Part shown: positions 1 to 17,548 of the stretch, one piece after another
Position numbering within the stretch: position 1 is the first letter of the stretch
Layout: each line of letters starts with the position of its first letter
Source of the DNA: Lingula anatina
Taxonomy: Eukaryota; Animalia; Brachiopoda
Reading direction: 5' to 3'
NCBI GenBank assembly: GCA_051362555.1
Contig: CM120641.1
Coordinates: 15,872,001-15,936,000, forward strand
Length of the DNA: 64,000 bases
Made by a program: the position numbers and the translations under genes
The notes under the pieces: generated by a model
Databases searched by the model: none
What the model saw: the letters and a program-made list of their open reading frames with translations, nothing else
What the model was told of the DNA's origin: nothing

Positions 1-2056
1 GATCCAATATGCTTTGTTACACCTAACTGTACTTCACAGCAGTAGTGCATTTTCATTTTAATATTTGCAATTCGAAACACCAAGATATGTTATTACGTAT
101 AAAAATTAATAAGCGAACTAAAGTATTTACTCTGACTGAAGTTTCACTGACTTATGCTTGTTACTAGTTGTAAAGCCTAAAGGTTTAGGTGTAAAAACAC
201 GAGATTATCTGCGATTGCAAATGTAAATGAATGCTTTTAATCATATCAAGTATCCTCTATGTTGTATACCTTTGCCTTTTGGTGGGCGCTTTACACCTGG
301 CTTCAAGCGATCCATTCTAAGCGTTTTATGATTTAACTAGTTGGCATTTAAGTTGCAGGCGGGTCCTACGAAAATACGAAAACCGCGAAAACCGCGAAAA
401 CAAGAAGTTGCTAGGCGAAAACCTCGCTATAACTTACCAATTCTCGATGTTCTTGACAAGTTGCTGTAATATTTGGATAACTTGGACCATATTACATACA
501 TCATGACCTTTGATAACGATGTTGTAATGAATTGAGTATGTAACCAGCTGAGTTTTCTAGATCGGCAACTATATAGTGCGTGGGAGCCATGTTTGGTTTA
601 CAATTGGCATATATAAACAGCAGTGTCCCCTCAGGCCAGTATTGCCATATCAGGCCAGTATTGCCCTCTCAGGTTAGTAATGCTTTTCCAGGCAAGTAAT
701 ACTCTCTCAAGTACTATATGAAGTTGATAACACAGATTACCTGCATTCTTAGTAATACAAAGTTATTAATAAATAGGAATTAATAAATATGCACAAAGTA
801 GAACTTTTGTTTTTCATTCCAACCAGAAGTGAAACTACACATCAATGCTTGTAAAAAGTGCCCATTTTAATACACCATACATGTAGAGTCTATATTGTAT
901 GAGCTGTGAACCTGCATAGAATTTACACTCCTACTTTTCCAAATATAAAATGAGTAGCATTGTTTAATAAAGTGACCAGCATAGAGCAATTTATAAAGCA
1001 TTATGAAAATGTAGGTTCTAATTAACATAATTGATAATATTCAATATATATAATAATGGTGAAGACAATTAAATTATTTTTATTAAAACATTTTTTCCTC
1101 TGAACTTGATCCATGGCCGCTGATTTTGTTATTAAATCACATTTTATCTTACTCTTTTTGAAAAGATATTCATTGCACAGCTATTTGTTACACTAATTGT
1201 TTTTCACTTAATAAACCAAATCCATTTCTAAAGCATCAATCAATTTATAGATTGTATATATGTGCATCCTAAGGTGTCTAATACACATTTTACCTTCAAA
1301 TCAATGTGTTTAATTGTTTTTACATTTGGGTTCTGTGTATGTGCCAGTATACAGAGATAAGCTCTTTTAACTCTGAAAAAATGTCAACAGTCAGTTAATC
1401 ATGCATATATATATTATACGCACAATAATGGAGAAAAAAAAAAGGAAAAAGGAACACACATTAAACACATGTACTGGTACTCTGATTTGCAGGAGGCATT
1501 TTCTCTTGAAAGGAGATATAACAGATTACAACTGCATGATGTTATGTGATTGACATAAAAAATAGTTTACTCCTAGAGTTTTAGGCAGTGCACATCTAAT
1601 TTCGTAATTGATATGATATGATTATCTTTCAATTCCAAATCTATTTCATCATTTCTGTGTCTATGCTGTGTTTAAACACTTCAACTTTTTGTATGGTAAG
1701 TTTTTTATCAGTTTGAAGCACCCTGCATGTGTTTTGTTGAAGATTGCCAAAAAGCAGATGAAGTTATGTATATCATGATAGTCCATAACATGTTATCACC
1801 CTGATATTTTCCACTATTTGCTGAATATTGGCATGCTGTAATATCAAGGGACTGTTGACAGTTCTTATTTGCCAGGAAGTTGATCAATAGTAAATAATAG
1901 TGTGTGCTTGTATATTTCATTTGCCATATATTTAAAGCATGTAATATACCAAACTTGGGCCAGTTTTGGGCCTTGCTTTTTCTTGGGCTTGCATTCTGCT
2001 TGGTATAATAAAAGGAATATGAAATAAAAAGTGTTAGTTTTCTTGTAAAGAATATT

Positions 2057-2340
2057 ATTACCTCTGCCAAGGAGGCTATGTTTTCACCCCTGTTTGTTTG
2101 TTTGTTTGTTTGTCATCATCATAACTAAAAAGTTATGGATAAATTTCGATGGCATTTTCAGGGTAGGTCAGAAATGGGTTAACTTAGAAGTGATTAGTTT
2201 TTGGTGGTGATCTGGATCTATAATCAATCAATAATAAAAAACTAAATCATTATAGAATGAAAATTTAGGAGTGAAATGGTATTGGATGGACACTCTGCTG
2301 CCTTAGTGGAGGTCTGCGGTCTCTTAGTGCTTTTCTAGTT
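2057..2340 (+). mobile_element. Helentron-associated non-autonomous element (HINE/DINE-like), nested in the MULE
   Basis: Starts ATTACCTCTGCCAAGGAGGCTATGTTTTC, contains a (GTTT)n microsatellite, has subterminal inverted repeats (ACCTCTGCCAAGG / CCTTAGTGGAGGT) and a short 3' hairpin, and ends TTTTCTAGTT. A diverged partial copy lies at ~57157-57296. Confidence 0.7.
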
Positions 2341-3466
2341 GCCATTATTAATTAACTATTGTGTACACTTTGTACTTTAAAAGTATTATAAGTTCTCAAC
2401 CAATGCATTTCTCAATGGTGTATAAAATATTGGGAAAGGAAGGTAGCATTTTTGAAACAGATCATTAGTCCACTATTCTGAATGTGGCCTATATTTGTAA
2501 AATTGTCAGCTCTCTACCGTATTAATTCTCCTCTAAAACTTTATTCCTTTAAATATCTGGCCAAATAAGAATTATGCTTTGGCAATAGCATATAGCTCCC
2601 ATATGATTTGAACTACTTTTGAAAGGGGACATTATTCTAGGTCAAAAACAAATGTTGCTTTAGTCATCATAAATGGGTTTAAACCCTGATAAAACTATAA
2701 TCAATACTTAGACAAATTATGAATCTACATATTTAAGGTCATAGATTGTGTTGCGCTTTACAGAGCACCCATACGTATTCATATGTAACATGTTCTAAGG
2801 CCAAAATAAAAAAAACTTCAGACAAATGCATTGAACGATTTGGATGTGTTTATTCTCAGAACTCGCTAGTCCGAAATGCAGACCACATACACAGCACAAA
2901 TTGCGTTTTCTTAAAAGAATTTTTGTATCTTTCTGATTACCATTGGGATTTACTACCTACTGATTCATGTCATTGTTTATATGTTATGATTGGATCAGTC
3001 CAATAAGTATTGTACAACGTGGTTAGGAGGGTTAAGTTGACAATGGCTAACTGTTATCTGCAGGTGTAAAAGAAATGACTGAATTGCATATATTAAATTT
3101 GGTGTGGTAAAATGGTTCAAATTTTGTGAAGACCTGGGATTTCTTTCACACAAACAAGTTAACAAGCTAACAAACAGAAAAGTATTTTTTGAGACACACG
3201 TTATAAATACTTATTTCATCGAGTTAAAGATGCATCTAAAAATGCATATTCATCATATATTCTAATATCATAAAACAGCCAGAAGGCCAAGCACACAGTT
3301 GGGTAGAATTCTTAAAGGAAAAAAACATACAGTCTGTGTATTCTGGAAATTCAACACCTATGGGATCTTCAATTAACTGATGGTCATTATGATCGCATAC
3401 TTTTCACAAACAAATGCACCCTTGGATTCTAATTAAAGTCAATTAATTAGATTCTGTTAATTTTAA

Positions 3467-3742
3467 GTGCTCTCTGACCTTTTTTTAATGAATTAACACA
3501 ATCTAAATACATCCATTTGAAAGAAACAGAAAATTGAAAAATTGAAAAATTAAGTGATATACAACATAATCCCCATCAATTTTTATTTATCTACTTTAAG
3601 TAATACTGTTTATTGTAACTGCTCTCTGATTTTTTTAAACAAATTAACACAATATTAAATATATACATCCATTTGAAAGAAACAAAATTGAAAAATGAAG
3701 TGATCATATACAACATAATAACCATCGATTTTTATTTATCTC
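3467..3742. repeat. Two-copy tandem duplication (~150-bp unit) inside the MULE
   Basis: TGCTCTCTGA...TACATCCATTTGAAAGAAAC...TACAACATAAT...TTTTATTTATCT occurs at ~3467-3592 and again at ~3620-3742. Confidence 0.8.
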
Positions 3743-5399
3743 CTCTAGGAGGTTTTCATGCATGTTGATGCAATATTAATACATAATCCTTAACAGCATT
3801 TCCACCAACAATTTTATGGATAACTAATAAATGGGTTTCATGCCCATATTGAAAATGCAAAAAAAAAAAAAAAAAGTGAATGAAATTCCACCCTAAACTG
3901 CATAACTTTCAGACAAAAAATAATAAATAAATAAATAAATAAATAAATAATAATGAGGTACAAGATAGAAAATATCAATGCTGATGCAATAATACATTTT
4001 GCTCGACAGCAGAGTCAGCAACAAATATCACATGGCTTCAGGCCCATTAATTCAAATTCTCAGCTCTGTTTGAAAATGACAAAATGTGTAAAAAATTCAC
4101 CAAGAAATTGCAAAAATTCATGGAAAATAAGTAGCAGTGAACTTAAATTTGTTGACGCTGACAGCTAGATGGACTTAATTAGTGACAGCTAAGACTGCAG
4201 CAGTAACTATTTAAGTCTTGATCATTTCTTGATCATTATTGATTTAGCACTTACCTGAGGGCACAGAGCCACAGAAGCATACCATTAATGACAACCAGAT
4301 CCTAATGAGTGTAATGTCAAATGAACCTACAAGTTCTTTGATAAAACTGTTATTAATATAAAATATACTACAATCCATGCATTAAAAATAAAAAGCACGC
4401 AAGTCCACGGGGTCAGTATTAACAATGCACTGTAGTTGTCTCAGAATAAGACTTTAGTCCCTTTTCTTAAAAAATAAATTGCCAGTGCACAAATTGACTA
4501 AATATGTATTGATAACTGTTTTGGTAAAATGGAATTTGGTATGTAGAGAGCCTTTATTTTAACATGATTTGAACAAACAAAAACAATTTTTATGATGAAA
4601 AACATTTAATGATTCAATATTTCTTTTATAAAGTTTAATGCAAATACAAAGTTCTTACAACTTCAGGTACAGTTAGAAGGAATTTTTCTCATGCACAAAT
4701 AACACATTTACAAATAAAGCATTAATTAACTTAAGGTTGGTACAATGTTGTAAATGTTACTTGATAAACGTTTGTTAGTTTCTTATATGTATGTATTATG
4801 TAAGCAGAAAATATTGTGCTGTTATCCACATTCATATGCCTGAGAGAGCATTACTAGCATGAGAGGGCAATACTGGCCTGAGATGGCAATACTAGCCTGA
4901 GGGGACACTGCTGTTTATATATGCCAATTGTAAACCAAACATGGCTCCCACGCACTATAGTTGCCGATCTCAGAAAACTCAGCTGTTACATACTCAATTC
5001 ATTACAACATCGTTATCAAAGGTCATGATGTATGTAATATGGTCCAAGTTATCCAAATATTACAGCAACTTGTCAAGAACATCGAGAATTGGTAAGTTAT
5101 AGTGAGGTTTTCGCCTAGCAACTTCTGGTTTTCGCGGTTTTCGTGGTTTTCGTATTTTCGTAGGACCGGTTGCAGGCCGCATCTCATGCACTGCACAGCG
5201 ATTAAAACAGAGATCAATTAATTGAATATAGGCTCATCGTATAGGTTATATTTAAATGCAGTATTCGTAAAAATAATGAATAATGAGTTTTTTCTCGTTA
5301 AATGAATAATTCTATTAAAATTAACCACGATAATTTTTAGAAATATGTTAAATTAGGCAATAAGTTATTCCCCCAAAGTCTCAATTTGTAAGTATTCGT

Positions 5400-5750
5400 T
5401 TTCCGGTCTTCATTTACAGAAAACCGCAAGAAGAAATATATTCAGAGAATCAGGCGTTTCACTTGGTTTTCAGCTTAACGTCGTTACTTAACTATTTTGA
5501 TAAAGATGTTTCTTTTAAATGTGCCAGTTTGTGTAAATTTCAGATGAGTACATATGATGAACTCCTAGCAACTCGTTCATTGAACGGAAGTTTATTGACG
5601 TCAATATGACTCACGCATGCGTGATGATTTCTTAATTTTTCTCAGTGTTTTCTGCTAGTAATCACATTCATTATTCAAATCTCGTGATGCTGCCTTCCAT
5701 ATGCATATTTACGTGACTTGACTGGCGTTTTGTGACACAATTAGTATAAG
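5400..5750 (+). promoter_or_regulatory. Putative promoter and non-coding first exon of TMEM184B
   Basis: Local CpG-rich patch with TTCCGGT (5401), CGGAAGT (5585), the CRE palindrome TATTGACGTCAATA (5593-5606), TGACTCA (5607) and the palindrome TCACGCATGCGTGA (5611-5624). Strong donor AAG|GTAAGG after 5750. The first coding exon begins AG|ATG, so an upstream UTR exon is expected. Confidence 0.55.
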
Positions 5751-8700
5751 GTAAGGACATGCCCACAAACTACGTAAATTGTAGACCTTCTCCCAGAATA
5801 TTACCCCATTTATATTTCAAAGTACATGTAGAAGATAGAAGGAACAAATGGATAAGACGAACTCGAAGACTGTCTAATGTAAACACTAAAATCAGAATCT
5901 ATAAAAAGAAACAGAGTGAGGTACAGTATGTGCGGTTTTAGCTATGAATAATTAGCCTTGTTGATTATATCTCGTTTCTGAATTATCAAGGTGAAAACCT
6001 TTAGCAGCTGTTTTTATGATACAAAAAGTACTAGTAATAGTATCTTTACTCTTTCTAATTTTAATCTTATGATAGCTATCCAAATAGTCATGTGAAATGT
6101 TTAAAACTCATTGCTTTTTGTGATGCCTTTTACGTTTGAGCAAATGCTCTGATGTATTATTTTAATTTTGCTGAAGCACCACTACCAGTGTGTAATTTCC
6201 ACAAAATCATTATGTCATGGAGTAACAAGGTATCATTCATTTCAAACTGAGTAACAGTTCGGGCTAATGTGATATTATTGTGTTCACAATGGTATTAACC
6301 AGGTAGTGTCAGTTAAATTAATCCTAACTTTGGTATTTCCTGAAAGGATTAATATAGTCATATAATACAATAGAAATCCCAGATGAACCAACACTTACAG
6401 CAATTTCTGGATACTGAAACAATGCACCCTGTTGGTCTGTTAGCACATGTCAACACCAAAAGGAAAAGGAAGTTTATTGTTCAAAACGTGATACTCATAT
6501 CGTTTTTTTTTTAAGTTGTAGTTTACTTAGTACATAGTAGTTCAATAGGCACTATGGTTTTAAGTTCTTAATTACCATAGGAAGTTATTAAAATGCCACC
6601 CGGGATTACTTAAAACCATTGCAACTGGTTGTGTGCTTGACAGCAGTTGAGTTAGATTGGCTTTCTTTAGTCAGAAATCCAAATCTGTGTTGAGATAGTA
6701 AGTATTAAGTCAGCTTGGAGGAAAAATTGACCCAAGAATCAAGACACTACTACCCTGGGTATGAGGTGACATTTTGTTATAACCACTGGAATTGATTGAA
6801 TGGTATGTTGCAATAGCAAGGTAAGGACATATAAGATCTTAGTGAAAATATTATTATGTAGATAGCTTGGGGGTATTTTGTATAATTGCATGGAATGGGA
6901 ATTGAATTTTCCCTGAGGACTATGCAGAATACACATGATATGATGAAAATATTACAAGTATTTCACTGTGTTAGAAATTGTTTCTTTTCTGTTACAAGTT
7001 TTAAGTTTATACATAGAAGTATTTCAACCAGCTTTGGTACAATATCTGAGCATTGCTGGTTCAAAGGTCTTTGGAAACTTTTCCCTTTACAAACAAAAGG
7101 TATTAATTAATGGTGTGCTGTATGGTATTGTATGTATTAATTGCCTCTGGATAATGGCATGTATGTAGATGTAACATGTATCGTACATGCAATATATGAG
7201 CAAAAATTATCATTATTACTATTTATTAGCCAAAAATACTGTCTGTGAAACTAACATTGCTTGGTGACGAAAAGTTAAATTCGTCATTGACATGTTTCTG
7301 ATTGCTGTGGCATTGAGTTAAAGCAAATATTAAGCAATGGATACAACAGAAAGCTAAAATACATCCTAAACTTTAAATAGTAAGATCATGGAAAAAAGCA
7401 ACAGAATTATATATGAATGATATACTTAACTAGTACTTTGAATCCATGTCATTGAAAGAAGTACATGAAGTAGGTTACACTGTATCTGGCACCACTATCA
7501 AAAAAGTAAATAGATAAAAAGTAGGGAAAAAAGTGTCAAATTTTGTCTGCTTGATGTTTATGTTGTAATTATACATATTGATGTTATGCGGGTGATCAGG
7601 CATACTACATGGGAGAAGGCAAGGCTTACAGCTTACGCCAGGGGTTATGAACACAATATATGTTGGTATAATCAGATATACTATATACTGTGATGTCAGC
7701 AACCCTGTAATGCTTTGCAAGCCACTCTGCAGGGGTTTCCGTTATTTTCTTCACAGTTCTCTGCCTCCCACTTTCTCAGTGTGTATTCACATTGAAAAAA
7801 ATTGAGCCAGTGCTAGAGCAATATTATTGATATCATAGCAATCTGACAGTTGCCCTTGCAGCAGTGCTCCACCTTGTTGAATAGAGGGGTTCACTCTGTT
7901 CACTGGGACAGGCAAACACTGAACTGGCAGTATTCCAGTTTCCATTTTGTATCAAACATTAAAACTTGCTTTGATCTGGAGGGATTTTTTCCATGTGAAT
8001 GCAACCTAGGTTAGCATTGTGAGTGGAGCAGCCAGCAAACCTCTGAACAGATAAGTGATGCTTAGTATGCTAATGAAAAATCAATGCTTGGGAGAAACTG
8101 CTATAGAAACAGACTAATATGAACATGCAGGAGAATATGTGTCTTCTTAAGTAGGGCCTGCTTGCCTGCTCTACCATATGGAGCGTGACACATTAGATCG
8201 GTAAAGAGTGAGGGGATTTGCTTGATACTCGTGAAGGCCTCATCAGTGAGGAGTTTCATTAAGGTAGAGAAATGGGAGGATTGATGATATACATTGAAAG
8301 ACTTAATGTGACCTACAGGTCCTGATTACTATGCAGATACAGTAATATGTACTTACTGTGGATATTTCCTTTTATTTATCTTTAGGATTTGTTTAATAAT
8401 TTCTGAGGTTGATAAGTCTTTTTAAAATATGGCATTATCTTGGTGTTGGATACACATTTAATTGGTTCTGAATGGTGTGAAGTGATTAAATTAGAAAAAC
8501 AGTACCATATGGTGTATTTCTAGCTGCAATATTGTTTTGAAGAAATAAGAACAGGTTTGCTTTTTCCAGTAAGGGGAATTTTTAAGTGTGTAGTTAATCA
8601 TTGTAGTACTCAGATGTTTTTTTTTTTTTTTTTTTTTTGCAGATATTTTGTTTGGCAATTGAATTGTTAATGTTCAGCTTCCACTTAATGTAGTTATAAT

Positions 8701-9674
8701 GAGGGCATAAATGCAGTCACGAGAGCAATTAAATCAACAAATATGCTGCAGCATTTACATTAAATTGCATATTATTGAAAAGTTATTCATCCCTTATTTC
8801 CCAAATAGCCTGCGACAATCTAGCCATTCAGCACTAAAATTGTGCCTTTTATAGAGATATGCATCAAAAATTAAGGTAAATTAAGCAATGGGATTTAACA
8901 AAAAGCTTTGCGTCACAATGCACATTCTTACCCTGAATCAGTTCCCCCCCCCCAAAAAAAAAAAGGAAAGAAAGAAAGAAAAAGATAAAATCAAAAAAAA
9001 GCAACAGGTGAATATAAGCCTTTTTGTGTACCAGTACAGAATCGCACCACAAGCGAATTGGGATACTGTGTGTTCTTTTTTCAGAAAATGATGCTAATCA
9101 AGGAACATGATTATAGTTATTACTGTAATGTCAGTCTAGGTTCTTGATATGATATAGTGAGAAGGTGGCCATTTTTACCGTGGCAGTTATTTTTAAGGTT
9201 TTTGATAACCATGCTTGATTTAAATTAAGGTTGCCTGTCAGTTAACCATAGGAATTCTTTGACATTGTCGAGTCTCGAACCAATAATGAGTGAAAACTGC
9301 ATTTTAGTTGAAACAAAAGAAAAACCTTTTACATACACATAAATTATGCAAACTAATTTAGTGTAGAGCCTTTCTGTCTAGTTTTCTTTTCTTACACACT
9401 GTAAGAGAGATTTTTTAACATGACACATCTTTCCTGGGCCCATTTCAGGACAATATTTCAATTAGAAAAATGGCATAATAATCAAAATCTGGAAGTTTTG
9501 AACCAAATTAATGTAAAATAATCAACTATTTTACGTTTTCCTTAGCCAAAATTTTCCCTAGCCAATTATGTTCAACATTTTTCTCAAATTAAACATGTTA
9601 AAAAGAGTCCAGTTTTAAAATTTTTATCATTTATTTTATTTATTTGCATTCAGGTGTTTATTCTGCATTTCCAG

Positions 9675-15412
<5,738 letters not shown>

Positions 15413-17542
15413 AACTTACATGTCTTACATTGAGGAGGAAATCTCAATTTAGGCACTGACTTAGAAAAACCAAAATCAAGCTTACTATAAAGAATCTGCT
15501 AGATAACAAGTTGATTGATAAGGTTTTCATAGGAAAATTGAATAGAAATATCCTCGTCTTGATTGAATAGACCATATTATTCACGGGCAATTTTGTTTAA
15601 GTTGATAGTTTATCTGTAATTTCTTATGGTAGTTTCTTTTCTGAAGATAGGATTAAATTACTTAAACTTTGCAAGGTACTGCATCTACAGATAACCAATT
15701 GCTGTTGGTATTAATACTTTTTTATTTAGTCAGAATAGTACTTTGGAGCTGCAATATTCAGAGAATATTGTGAATGCAAGTGTATCAGTGCATCAATCTG
15801 TCAATTTATAGTACCAGCATAGACGTCCAATCCCAAGGACTAAGCCCAAGCAAAATGTGAGGCCCTTGGTTCAAGGACTTATTCCTATCTATCCACTATG
15901 CTTGATTGGTTTAACTGGACTCCTGTGTCTTATTTTATACTAAAGCATCGTACAATCTAGTCTCCTTGATAGATATTGTAATGGACATAAGGTTTTCACT
16001 GAGGAACACATGGTAATGTGTTTGTACATTTAACTGTAGCACTTCTATATATAAGCATTATCCTTGTAACTTAATCAGTCAAGAAAATGAGTTTCTTGTC
16101 TGTGTCTGTTTACTTTGGTGAGGATGGAAAGATTTGAACACCAGCATGATTGCAGTATTTTATAAAGACGAGATATTATATTTGATTGGGTTCTTGAAGG
16201 TACACTTCTTAGGCGATGTGAAACCTGAAATGGCAAACTGTTTAATAGCACAGTGTTGTGACCTTTAGAGAGTTCAGTGTGATTGATAGATTGTTTCCTT
16301 TAGAAAAGACAGAATTAATAAGAGAACTTTCTATAATCTGATTTTAGCTGTTTCTAACAGTATATATCAAATCAGTTTGTAAAAAAAAACCTGATGTGAT
16401 AATATTTATTTGCTGTAATATTTTGGATGTTGTCATTGTTATTTGCTTTGTTTCAACATGGTGCCATTTATTGTAAGAAAAGATTATTTATTGATATGAC
16501 ACATAACAGTTTCATACTTTTTTTTTTTTTTTGAAAAAAAAAACAGTATTTCCCTTTGATTCATCAAAAAATGTAAGATATTCTAACATTTCAGAGACTT
16601 TTTGACACACATCAGAGACTTTGACACATACGTATAAAGATTTAGCTTCAAAGGAACTGGCATACTATTCAATGTATATTTAGAATAAATTGCACAAACA
16701 TTTTTCCTCCTCACTATGGTACCTTGTGGAGTTTCTTCTACAATGGACATGTGGTTTAGTATATATTGTCCATAAATAATTGATTTCTAGTTTTATTAGA
16801 GTTTATTCCAAATAGGAAGTGTAGATAACAGTGGAAATAATGATTTGATGTGTAAGATGTCTCCTGTCTCAGCTGCACAATCTTCCAGTGGAGTGTACTG
16901 TACTTGAGGTAGATAGTATGGAACATGGCGTGAACACTTCATTGTAAAATAAATAAATATATATATATATACTAGCAAGCATTACAAGTATATGTATACA
17001 TTATTGTAAGATATATCAACAGAATGGAAATACATGTGTCGTATGACAGTAAGATTTTTTCTTGTTTTTTCCCCAATGTAATTTTTGAATGCTGTGTGTG
17101 TGCGTGTGTGTGTGTGTGTGTCAATATTCTTACAAAGTAGCAAGTTGCTCCATGGTATGAAAGATACATGGGCTTAGATAAAAATCTTAAAAGCTTTTTA
17201 TTACAGCTTTGATGTTTTCAAAAATCTATGCCAAAGCAAATCCCATGTCACAGTATCTGACTGTGGTTATCAGGAGTAATTAATGTAGACAGCTGCCCTC
17301 AGTATTGTAATATGTGATAATTTCCCTAGAAATTTTGGTTATCACAACTTCACACAATTACCTTTCAAATGATAAAAGGAATGTCATACGTTAGCCATAA
17401 TCTTCATTATGTGGTTATCATAAAATGGCCTGCTCGGGATGTTGATGTTGGGTAGAGGAGCATGTTCCATGTTGTAAGATACAAGTTGTGATATTGATTA
17501 TGGGGCTTCATTTTCATGTGAGGGTATCAAGTGAATACCTTC

Positions 17543-17548
17543 AATAAA
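17543..17548 (+). terminator. Candidate polyadenylation signal of TMEM184B (3' UTR ~2.1 kb)
   Basis: AATAAA near the end of the CpG-depleted domain (~17.7 kb). Other AATAAA hexamers exist upstream, so the site is not unique. Confidence 0.35.

Larger units (their letters stand above)
361..5168. mobile_element. Non-autonomous Mutator-like (MULE/Foldback-type) DNA transposon, 4.8 kb
   Basis: Terminal inverted repeats at 361-~694 and ~4837-5168 (GGGTCCTACGAAAATACGAAAACCGCG... / ...CGTATTTTCGTAGGACCG) are nearly identical by eye. Flanked by the perfect 9-bp direct repeat GTTGCAGGC (352-360 and 5169-5177). Long TIRs with a 9-bp TSD are the Mutator superfamily signature. No transposase ORF inside. 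Confidence 0.88.

Noticed and set aside
361-700. Short tandem repeats in the TIR as a CRISPR-like array
   Set aside because: Repeats are contiguous without unique spacers, the context is eukaryotic, and they are part of a transposon TIR.
1708-2070. 120-aa minus-strand ORF inside the MULE as a transposase or cargo gene
   Set aside because: No MULE DDE/CxxH motifs or recognisable domain; AT-rich random composition, and its start lies within the HINE.
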